This document shows positions 56,321-63,763 of a DNA stretch of 64,000 bases, piece after piece. The DNA is taken from IMG/VR virus record IMGVR_UViG_3300017917_001123, positions 267,571 through 331,570 of that record. The stretch is one strand, 5' to 3'. The notes below the pieces were generated by a model. That model worked only from the letters and a program-made list of their open reading frames with translations, was not told where the DNA came from and searched no databases. The translations under genes were made by a program, and so were the position numbers. Within the stretch, counting starts at the first letter, position 1. Every line of letters begins with the position of its first letter.

Positions 56321-56827
56321 ATGGCTTTTATTGAATCAATTAAACAAGCCTTGCCAGAGTACGCAAAGGATACCAAACTTAACTTGGATGCTGTCCTTTT
56401 GCGTAGCACATTGGATGCCGATGTGGCTATGGGCTGTGCGGTTGCCGCATTGGCCGCAACTGGCAATGGAAAGGTACTCGCAGTAATGTTGGCAGATGCT
56501 CCGGTACATGCCGAATCTGCGATGTGTGCCGCAAGCATTATGGCACAGAACAATGTATGGTATCCATATGTTGAAATGGCAGATGATGAGCAACTCAAAG
56601 GCTTGCCAGCACAGTTACGCATGAACGCAATCGCAAGTCATGGCGGAACTACAAAGGCAAACTTTGAAGCATTTAGTTTGGCGGCTAGTATTGTTGGCAA
56701 ATGTCATTTCTGTGTTAAGGCACACTATGACACATTGAAGCAAGAAGGCTACACAGTAGAACAGCTTCGTGACATTGGCCGTATTGCTAGTGTTATGAAC
56801 GCAGTAGCCAAAGTTTTAAACAGTTAA
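56321..56827 (+). CDS. ahpD: alkyl hydroperoxide reductase D
   Basis: YAKDTKLNL, MAQNNVWY, SIVGKCHFCVKAH (CxxC..H). Confidence 0.93.
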   Translation: MAFIESIKQALPEYAKDTKLNLDAVLLRSTLDADVAMGCAVAALAATGNGKVLAVMLADAPVHAESAMCAASIMAQNNVWYPYVEMADDEQLKGLPAQLRMNAIASHGGTTKANFEAFSLAASIVGKCHFCVKAHYDTLKQEGYTVEQLRDIGRIASVMNAVAKVLNS

Positions 56828-56831
56828 TCCA

Positions 56832-56860
56832 AAAGCCCTGTTTCCAGGGCTTTCCCTCCT
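56832..56860 (+). terminator. hairpin terminator
   Basis: AAAGCCCTG-TTTC-CAGGGCTTT. Confidence 0.7.
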
Positions 56861-56898
56861 TTCTTCCAAAATTTTGGTAAATTCTTTGCCAAAAGTGG

Positions 56899-56927
56899 TT
56901 GACCTTTTACCACTTTGACCTTATAAT
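56899..56927 (+). promoter_or_regulatory. sigma70 promoter for rIIA/rIIB
   Basis: TTGACC-17 nt-TATAAT. Confidence 0.8.
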
Positions 56928-56970
56928 ATATACATACAGTTAGATAACAGACACACAGAAAGGGTCTAAA

Positions 56971-59148
56971 ATGCAACTTTTGAACGCTGTCCAAAACGAA
57001 GCTATTTTGAGCAACGTTGGCGAAATTGGTGAGTTTCGTATCCGCAACTCTGCCAAAGCCTTTAACATCTTGTCCAGCGGTTTGTACGCAAACAAGATTA
57101 AGGCAATCGTTCGCGAATTGAGCTGTAACGCAGTTGACTCGCATACTGCCGCTGGTAAGTCAGACGTTCCGTTTGATGTTCATCTTCCTTCACAATTCGA
57201 ACCTTGGTTTGCTATTCGCGACTACGGTACTGGACTAAGCCATGAACAAGTTACTAACATCTATACGACTTATTTTGAGTCCACTAAGACTGCTTCAAAT
57301 GATTTCATTGGTGCTTTGGGTCTTGGCTCTAAGTCTCCTTTCAGCTACACTGACAATTTCACCGTAACCGCTATCCAAAACGGTCGCAAGGGTATCTACT
57401 CTGCTTTCATTAACGAAGCAGGTGTGCCTAGCATCGCATTGATGATGGAAGAAGCTACAGACGAAGCTAACGGTGTTGAAGTTAAGTTCTCTGTGAACGA
57501 ACGCTGGGACTTTGACAAGTTCCGCCAAGAAGCTCGTTCAGTCTACAAGTGGTTCAAGCAACAGCCCAATGTTATCGGTGTCAGCGACTTCAAGATCGAA
57601 GAAGTTGACTACGAAGACATGAACATTGTTCCTGGAGTTCACAGCCGTCAGCGCGGTTACGGCCATTCGGTTGCCGTTATGGGTAATATTGCTTACCCTA
57701 TCGAAATTCCTAACGCTGACCAAAGCCTCGGTGCTCTGCGTAAACTGTTGAGCTGTGGTCTTGTTATGGAGTTCAAAATTGGTGAACTGGACTTCCAAGC
57801 AAGCCGCGAAGGTTTGAGCTACATTCCTCAGACCATCGCTAGCATTAAGGCTAAGTTGGAAGAACTGAACGGTGCTTTGGCCGGAAAGTTGGCTGAAGAA
57901 GCAGATGCTATTACTAACCAGTGGGAAAAGGCTTTGTTCCTGTCCACTCGTGCTGATAAGGATCTGTGGTCTGCGGCTACTCGTAAGTACATCGCTGACA
58001 CTAAGTTTGAGCTGATCGAAGATCGTTCTGGCTATCTGCGTACTAAGGCATTTGGTCTTAAGACTGAAGATCTCCAAAAGGACTACAACATTATCCTTCG
58101 TGGCTTTAGCAAAGGTCGCGGATCTGTTACTTGTTCTAACATGACTGCTGGTCGTGAATACGACTATCACAAAAAGGACGCTAACGGTCATTCGCTGTCT
58201 TGGACTGAGTGGCGCATGAGCATCAGCAACGGTGTTCAGTTTGTTGTAAACGATACCAAAGTTGGTGCTACCGAACGTGCTAAGAACCACTGGCGCAAGT
58301 GTAAGCAGGACGACCTGCCGCACCAAAGCCATGTGTATGTTGTCGAGCCGTTTGACCGCACTAAGCCGATGAAGACCAAGGAGTTTTTTGAGTTGATCAA
58401 GAATCCTCCGGAGTGCCAAATCCGTTTGGCAAGCTCGCTGATTGAGAAGGAACGTGCCCAAGGTACTAGCCTGAAGAACGTTACTATCCTTAAGCTGGCT
58501 CCTCGTGGCTACGGCGGTTACTATCGTGAACGTGAAATGGTTTGGAAGGACGCAGGTAAGGCTGATCAGTTTGATCAGACCAAAACTTACTACTACATTC
58601 CGTTGAGCGGTTTCGAAATGAACAGTTCTTGTGGTTACACTTCTGGTAAAGAATTGTGGACTGAACTCAAAGAAAGTAAGATGGGTGTTTGCCCAGAAAC
58701 TATCTACGGTGTTCGCAAGTCGGACATTGAGTTTATCCGTACACAAGCTAACTGGGTTAATTTGGAAAAGCATATCAAGGAAACTTTGGAAAAAGTAACC
58801 GAACAAGATATGGTGAAATTTGCTGTTAGCCTACTTGACAATTCCAATGTTGCCAAGTACAATAGTAGCATTGTAAACGGTATTTCAAACCCGAATAGCC
58901 CTTACGTGGTCTTTGTGAATAAACTCAAGGACGTCCAAGCAGAGAGCTTTAACGAACATTACGTCAAGCGTCTGTTTAGTCGTTTCAAGATTCAAGCGCA
59001 CGACCCGTCTGCTATCGCTGAGAAGTTCCGTAAGGAATGTAACGATGTTATCAGTCGTTATCCGTTGATCGACTACGTGCCTAGTAGTAAAGCTACCCAA
59101 GCCCTGGTTGATTACATTAATATGGTTGACACACAGAAAGGTGTTTAA
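56971..59148 (+). CDS. rIIA: rIIA-like protein (N-terminal GHKL/HSP90-like ATPase)
   Basis: RELSCNAVDS, IRDYGTG, GALGLGSKSPFSY, G.EV; directly upstream of an rIIB-like gene. Confidence 0.85.
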   Translation: MQLLNAVQNEAILSNVGEIGEFRIRNSAKAFNILSSGLYANKIKAIVRELSCNAVDSHTAAGKSDVPFDVHLPSQFEPWFAIRDYGTGLSHEQVTNIYTTYFESTKTASNDFIGALGLGSKSPFSYTDNFTVTAIQNGRKGIYSAFINEAGVPSIALMMEEATDEANGVEVKFSVNERWDFDKFRQEARSVYKWFKQQPNVIGVSDFKIEEVDYEDMNIVPGVHSRQRGYGHSVAVMGNIAYPIEIPNADQSLGALRKLLSCGLVMEFKIGELDFQASREGLSYIPQTIASIKAKLEELNGALAGKLAEEADAITNQWEKALFLSTRADKDLWSAATRKYIADTKFELIEDRSGYLRTKAFGLKTEDLQKDYNIILRGFSKGRGSVTCSNMTAGREYDYHKKDANGHSLSWTEWRMSISNGVQFVVNDTKVGATERAKNHWRKCKQDDLPHQSHVYVVEPFDRTKPMKTKEFFELIKNPPECQIRLASSLIEKERAQGTSLKNVTILKLAPRGYGGYYREREMVWKDAGKADQFDQTKTYYYIPLSGFEMNSSCGYTSGKELWTELKESKMGVCPETIYGVRKSDIEFIRTQANWVNLEKHIKETLEKVTEQDMVKFAVSLLDNSNVAKYNSSIVNGISNPNSPYVVFVNKLKDVQAESFNEHYVKRLFSRFKIQAHDPSAIAEKFRKECNDVISRYPLIDYVPSSKATQALVDYINMVDTQKGV

Positions 59149-59149
59149 A

Positions 59150-59917
59150 ATGAGCTATCCGTTTTTGATTCAAGGTAAGAACATTGTTGTCGTTATCGGC
59201 AATAACAGTCATACCATCAGTTCTACTCATATCAGCTATGAGAAGATCAAAGAGGCTATTAAGGCCAACGATTGGGATACTGTAAAGGATCTCATTGAGC
59301 CTCGTAAGGTTGTGCTGAACTACGGTGCTGGTAACATCGCTATCCAAGGTGATAAGATGTTCTGGAAGGGCACCGAGTTCCATAACACTTTGGCCGCCCG
59401 CATTGTTGAGATGTACCAAGAAGGCTTCCCGATTGAGCCAATGGTTAACTTCATGGAAAACTTGATGACTAACCCTAGTAAGCGAGCCGTCGATGAACTG
59501 TACAAGTTCCTCGAAAAGGGTAACCTGCCGATTACTTCGGACGGTCACTTCCTGGCTTACAAGAAAGTCCGTGAAGACTATTTGGACTGCCACAGTGGTA
59601 CTATGGACAATAGTGTCGGTAAGATTGTCGAAATGGAACGTAACCAAGTCGATGACGACAAGAATAACACTTGTTCTACCGGTCTCCACTTCTGTAGCAA
59701 GGAGTACTTGAACCACTTTGGTGGAGCTCGTACTATGATCCTTAAGATCAACCCTCGCGATGTAGTTTCTATTCCTAGCGACTACAATGCAACCAAGGGT
59801 CGTGCTTGCCGCTACGAAGTGGTTGGCGAAGTTGGTGTTTCGGTTGAAGAAGCAGAAGCGGCATTCACTGCTCCTGTCCAAGACTGGAATGTCAATAACC
59901 CGAGTGACATGGAATGA
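59150..59917 (+). CDS. rIIB: rIIB-like protein
   Basis: DGHFLAYKKV, CSTGLHFCS, KINPRDVVSIPSDY..KGRACRYEV; start MSYPFL. Confidence 0.87.
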   Translation: MSYPFLIQGKNIVVVIGNNSHTISSTHISYEKIKEAIKANDWDTVKDLIEPRKVVLNYGAGNIAIQGDKMFWKGTEFHNTLAARIVEMYQEGFPIEPMVNFMENLMTNPSKRAVDELYKFLEKGNLPITSDGHFLAYKKVREDYLDCHSGTMDNSVGKIVEMERNQVDDDKNNTCSTGLHFCSKEYLNHFGGARTMILKINPRDVVSIPSDYNATKGRACRYEVVGEVGVSVEEAEAAFTAPVQDWNVNNPSDME

Positions 59918-60090
59918 TTAAGATCATTCTTGCGTTTCTGATTGCCTTTGGTATCTGCTTTTTGGGTATCAAAGGCTTCAGAAATTTAACCGGAAAAGAC
60001 CGTTGGGCATTGACAAAACTCCTTGCCTACAGTACAATATGTTCATTGCTAGCAATAGCAATACTTGTTTTAATCGTCATTCTTTTTTAA
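59914..60090 (+). CDS. 58-aa two-helix membrane protein
   Basis: MIKIILAFLIAFGICFLGIKGFRNLTGKDRWALTKLLAYSTICSLLAIAILVLIVILF; ATGA-coupled; not in ORF track. Confidence 0.7.
   Translation: MIKIILAFLIAFGICFLGIKGFRNLTGKDRWALTKLLAYSTICSLLAIAILVLIVILF
60010..60038 (+). promoter_or_regulatory. possible internal sigma70 promoter
   Basis: TTGACA-17 nt-TACAAT, but inside a small ORF. Confidence 0.4.
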
Positions 60091-60101
60091 GGAAATTTAC
60101 A

Positions 60102-60896
60102 ATGAAGCGTTCCGCAATTTTGGGTATTTTGGGTTTGGCTATTTTGGCTACGGGTTGTACCCGAATCGAAACCGGTGAGGTTGGTGTGCGAGTGGGCTTT
60201 GACAAACAAGTCCAACCTGGCGAACTGTTGCCCGGTAGTTTCAATCAAGTTATCATCGGTGATGTGCTTACATTCCCAATCAAGGACGTTAACGTCAAAT
60301 TGGAAGACATGACTCCGGTTGCTAAAGATAATAGTACAATGAAAGACCTTGATGCTGTGGTTATCTACAACATCAATCAAGCGCAGGTTGCTGAACTGTA
60401 CAGTCAAAAGAGTCAAGCGTTTCACGCTAAACACCAAGGCGATATCTACTTGATGTACAACTACATTGTTCAAACTGCTCGTAATGCGATCTACAAAGAA
60501 GCACGTAAGTATGAAGCATTGGACATGGCGGACAATCGACAGGCAATGGAACAAGCAATTAAAGAACAAATCCAAAAGTCGTTGGCTGAAGAAAAGCTCG
60601 ACGGTAGTTTGGTTGTTAGTCAAGTTTTGATTCGTAACATTGTGCCTGCTGATTCTGTAGTTGAAAGTGCCAACGCTCTTGTTCGTGCTAAGAACGAGTA
60701 CAAGCAGAAGGAAGTTGAAGTGGCCACTGCTAAGAAAGAAGCAGAACGTATGGCCGCACTGGCTAACAACTCTGCTAGTTCGATTGCCTTTATGAACGCA
60801 CAGGCCGCACTTAATATCTCCGAAGGTATTAAGAACGGTAAGGTACAGACTATTGTTGTACCGAGCAACATGACTGGTTTGATGATTAACAAGTAA
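60102..60896 (+). CDS. SPFH/band-7 (prohibitin-like) lipoprotein
   Basis: lipobox-like LATGC, IETGEVGV, coiled-coil tail; start MKRSAIL. Confidence 0.88.
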   Translation: MKRSAILGILGLAILATGCTRIETGEVGVRVGFDKQVQPGELLPGSFNQVIIGDVLTFPIKDVNVKLEDMTPVAKDNSTMKDLDAVVIYNINQAQVAELYSQKSQAFHAKHQGDIYLMYNYIVQTARNAIYKEARKYEALDMADNRQAMEQAIKEQIQKSLAEEKLDGSLVVSQVLIRNIVPADSVVESANALVRAKNEYKQKEVEVATAKKEAERMAALANNSASSIAFMNAQAALNISEGIKNGKVQTIVVPSNMTGLMINK

Positions 60897-60901
60897 TCAG
60901 G

Positions 60902-60926
60902 ATAGGGCAGGCAACTGCCCTATTTT
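60902..60926 (+). terminator. intrinsic terminator
   Basis: ATAGGGCAG-GCAA-CTGCCCTAT-TTT. Confidence 0.8.
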
Positions 60927-60930
60927 CAAA

Positions 60931-61191
60931 ATGAAACAGCGTGGATTTACCCTCATCGAAATGCTAATTGCTGTAGTCTTTGCCCTGTGCTTGATTACAT
61001 TCATCGCAAATGCTGTCAATGGATTCAGCAACGGTGGCAATATTAGTTTTGGAATCAACGGCATGACCGAAAGCCGTTGTATCGAAGGCTACAAGTTTAT
61101 CGTTGGACAAGAAGGACAGGCCCGTCAAATCCTCGATGAGTTTGGCAAAGGTGTACGCTGTCAGACTAATCCAACTCCGGGCAAGCTATGA
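60931..61191 (+). CDS. type IV pilin-like protein
   Basis: class III signal KQRG-FTLIEMLIAVV with E5. Confidence 0.8.
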   Translation: MKQRGFTLIEMLIAVVFALCLITFIANAVNGFSNGGNISFGINGMTESRCIEGYKFIVGQEGQARQILDEFGKGVRCQTNPTPGKL

Positions 61192-61664
61192 AGTTTTTTG
61201 ATAGATCAGGAGCACATTGGTTATTCTGGGCAGGAGTGGTATATCTTGTCGTTGGACTAACTGATATCTTCTTATTCAACAAATTTTTTAGTGAATGGAT
61301 ACATGTAGTTTGGATTCTTGTAATTAGTGCGCCTTTTTGGTTTCCTCCCTTAGGGCGTTGGCTTAATTTGGATGTAACCTGGGATCAAAAAATGTTTAAC
61401 TTCTTTAAAGGCAAAAAGCCTAGTAATGTTGTTCCTTTTCCTGAACCTAAATCGGTGCCTAAAATGCCAGAAGTACACACACCTCCTGCTCCAGAACCTG
61501 ACAAAGCTGGAAAGACTTATTACCAACTTGGTCTCACTGATAACAACCGTGTATGCTTTACAATGGGCTACACTCAAATCACGATGAATCGAGCAGGTGT
61601 CCAACAAATGATTAACCAACTTGAGTTCTATCAAAGCCAGCTCTACGATGAAAGCGAAGAGTAA
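61188..61664 (+). CDS. membrane-anchored hypothetical protein
   Basis: two N-terminal hydrophobic helices, Pro-rich linker. Confidence 0.7.
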   Translation: MKFFDRSGAHWLFWAGVVYLVVGLTDIFLFNKFFSEWIHVVWILVISAPFWFPPLGRWLNLDVTWDQKMFNFFKGKKPSNVVPFPEPKSVPKMPEVHTPPAPEPDKAGKTYYQLGLTDNNRVCFTMGYTQITMNRAGVQQMINQLEFYQSQLYDESEE

Positions 61665-61885
61665 TGAATCGGCACTACTGTATCAGAGAAACAGACAGCG
61701 GTTCTGAACCTTGCGATATCCTTTTGGACCACGGACTTAAAAGTCCAGACTTCCGAACTTATGTTATTCGTAAGGAAGATTTGTTTCCTTGGAAGATCGC
61801 ACACGAGCTAAACAATGCTTATCAAGCAGGTCGAGCAGATGCTATGCGTGAACTAAGAGACTTCATCGGGATTAAGAGTAATTAA
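61664..61885 (+). CDS. hypothetical protein
   Basis: 73 aa; TAATG-coupled. Confidence 0.7.
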   Translation: MNRHYCIRETDSGSEPCDILLDHGLKSPDFRTYVIRKEDLFPWKIAHELNNAYQAGRADAMRELRDFIGIKSN

Positions 61886-62046
61886 TGGGGCTTTGGAATT
61901 TTGTAGTCGATATGTCTCAAGAAGGTCGTATAAACGAACTTCAAGAACGTGTTGAAAAGCTAGAAGAACAGAATCAAATTTTGTACGAATGGGTACAGTA
62001 CTTTAGAAAGAAAGAAGATGAGCAAAATAGCAACAAACTTCCTTGA
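61885..62046 (+). CDS. 53-aa coiled-coil protein
   Basis: MGLWNFVVDMSQEGRINELQERVEKLEEQ..; TAATG-coupled; not in ORF track. Confidence 0.6.
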   Translation: MGLWNFVVDMSQEGRINELQERVEKLEEQNQILYEWVQYFRKKEDEQNSNKLP

Positions 62047-62230
62047 CCCTATGCGTCTGCCCTGTGGCGGTACAGCATACTTTGACGAGTCTAGCGGTAT
62101 TAGTTATCGCTGTGAGGATTGCGGTGCTGTAGTTGGTAGTATCGGACAGCCTAGAAGCTGTGTAGAAGAAGCAAAGAAATACGAAGTCTGGGAATTACTG
62201 GGCGGAAAAGGTTGGGACTATTTTCAATAA
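62018..62230 (+). CDS. small Cys-containing (zinc-ribbon-like) protein
   Basis: LPCGG..YRCEDCG..C. Confidence 0.65.
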   Translation: MSKIATNFLDPMRLPCGGTAYFDESSGISYRCEDCGAVVGSIGQPRSCVEEAKKYEVWELLGGKGWDYFQ

Positions 62231-62305
62231 GCGTCTGTAGCTAAGTGGCATAGCAGGAGCCTCTAAAACTCTGAATCGCGGGTTCGATTCCCGCCAGACG
62301 CACCA
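62231..62305 (+). tRNA. tRNA with CUA anticodon (amber-suppressor-like)
   Basis: acceptor GCGTCTG/CAGACGC+ACCA; D arm GCTA/TAGC; anticodon arm GGAGC-CTCTAAA-ACTCT (CTA at 62263-62265, C31-A39 mismatch); T arm GCGGG-TTCGATT-CCCGC. Confidence 0.85.
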
Positions 62306-62317
62306 AATGTTAAAACC

Positions 62318-62500
62318 ATGATACCACATACACAATACGAACGCTTAATTCTCCTCGAAGAAATTGAACGAGGTGATAAAGTTGTAATTCCTACAAGTAT
62401 GGAACATGCTCGTTTCATGTTGCGGGTAGCACAGTTTTATATTGATCAACAACATCAAAACTTGATCGATACTATCAAAAACTCGGAAGGCAAACAATGA
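62318..62500 (+). CDS. hypothetical protein
   Basis: 60-aa ORF after the tRNA. Confidence 0.65.
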   Translation: MIPHTQYERLILLEEIERGDKVVIPTSMEHARFMLRVAQFYIDQQHQNLIDTIKNSEGKQ

Positions 62501-62598
62501 CAGATAACATGACTTTAAATATAATCTGTGCTTTTATTGTGGGAGTGCCGATGTTCTATGTTGCGTGGAGGATTTTAAAATTAATCGACCAGAAATGA
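62497..62598 (+). CDS. 33-aa membrane microprotein
   Basis: MTDNMTLNIICAFIVGVPMFYVAWRILKLIDQK; ATGA overlaps at both ends. Confidence 0.6.
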   Translation: MTDNMTLNIICAFIVGVPMFYVAWRILKLIDQK

Positions 62599-62843
62599 CT
62601 CCGGAAGAAGCTCGTGCCTTTATTAGAAAGGTAATGGGTCCTCCTAAGCGACAACTTGAAGGCAAAGAACGAGATCACGTTTGGTTATTGATTAAAATGT
62701 CAACACCTGTGCGTGAATCTAACAACCAACGTTTTTGGCACGAAGAATATCTTATCGGCGGACGTAGGTATGATGTAACCTATGGTGTTGAAGATAACCC
62801 TATTGTGGAGGTCTACGAAGATGAGACTGATGTTGGGAACTAA
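62595..62843 (+). CDS. hypothetical protein
   Basis: start MTPEEARAF, coupled to the upstream TGA. Confidence 0.65.
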   Translation: MTPEEARAFIRKVMGPPKRQLEGKERDHVWLLIKMSTPVRESNNQRFWHEEYLIGGRRYDVTYGVEDNPIVEVYEDETDVGN

Positions 62844-63135
62844 AGATCGTCCTAGTCTGCTAGTAGATGTCGAGCAAGAATACAGCCCAAATCATTTTGA
62901 ATTTTGGGTAGTCAACGGCGCCTGGAAAGGCACATATACAAACGGACACGTTACTGTTTGGCATTACACCCCGTGGAGTGAATTAGAGGAAACAGAAATC
63001 TTGTGTGACAATCAAGATCGTCTGCGTGGTGAATATCAAGAAGTGTTTAACAACTTTTGTGACCCCAACTATGTAGCACCAAAACCCAAGAAGTTTGAAT
63101 ATCCTGCTTGTTGGGACGATGACATTCCGTTTTAA
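62821..63135 (+). CDS. hypothetical protein
   Basis: start MRLMLGTKD; acidic C-terminal WDDDIPF. Confidence 0.65.
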   Translation: MRLMLGTKDRPSLLVDVEQEYSPNHFEFWVVNGAWKGTYTNGHVTVWHYTPWSELEETEILCDNQDRLRGEYQEVFNNFCDPNYVAPKPKKFEYPACWDDDIPF

Positions 63136-63136
63136 C

Positions 63137-63298
63137 ATGACACTCGAAGAAGCAATCAAAATTAAAGAAAGTTTAGAAGAACTCATTGCTGATCCTGAAA
63201 TTGATTTTGGACCTGCGTATGAGTTTACTAAAATTAGGCAGGCGGAAGCTCTAAAGATAATCCGAAGAGAAATTAAACGCCTAAAGGAAGAAAGATGA
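63137..63298 (+). CDS. hypothetical protein
   Basis: start MTLEEAIKIK. Confidence 0.6.
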   Translation: MTLEEAIKIKESLEELIADPEIDFGPAYEFTKIRQAEALKIIRREIKRLKEER

Positions 63299-63678
63299 GA
63301 AACCCATTAAGGAACGCTATGAGATCAGTAAAAGTAGAAAAGAACGAGTTGTTGGGCATTGTCCGTGACAACAAAAAGAAGCACGTTAAAGAGTTCGACG
63401 AAGCAGTTAAGGACTATAAAAAGGCCGCAATCAAAATTGCTAAGGAACATGTTGACCTAGCAAAGACTGGAGACCTAGATCAGATTGCTCGCATTAAGGC
63501 AATGCCGCAACGTCCTACTAGCTACGAAAAAGACTACGATCGTGCTATCCGTATGCTTGAACTAAGCGTAGAGGATACAATTGAACTAGAAGAAGACGTT
63601 TTTAATCAGTTAGTGTTAGACGAGTGGACTTGGAAGAATGCCTTTGTCGCAACTAGTGCCTTGTATAAAACACTCTGA
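63295..63678 (+). CDS. hypothetical protein
   Basis: 127-aa helical ORF. Confidence 0.7.
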   Translation: MRNPLRNAMRSVKVEKNELLGIVRDNKKKHVKEFDEAVKDYKKAAIKIAKEHVDLAKTGDLDQIARIKAMPQRPTSYEKDYDRAIRMLELSVEDTIELEEDVFNQLVLDEWTWKNAFVATSALYKTL

Positions 63679-63763
63679 TAAATAGAATTGCGGGGACGGT
63701 CCCCGCAACCAACACTCTTTAAATTACTAGGTACTTAGAGTGTGTACCGTAAAAGGAAGAAAA

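Noticed and set aside
57538-58806. 422-aa antisense ORF (also 59117..59881 and 60087..60623)
   Set aside because: Codon-aligned shadows of rIIA, rIIB and SPFH caused by avoidance of TTA/CTA/TCA; no SD or protein-like motifs.
62231-62305. tRNA-Pyl
   Set aside because: It has the standard GG D-loop, TTC T-loop, 5-bp anticodon arm and 5-nt variable loop; no pyl genes seen.
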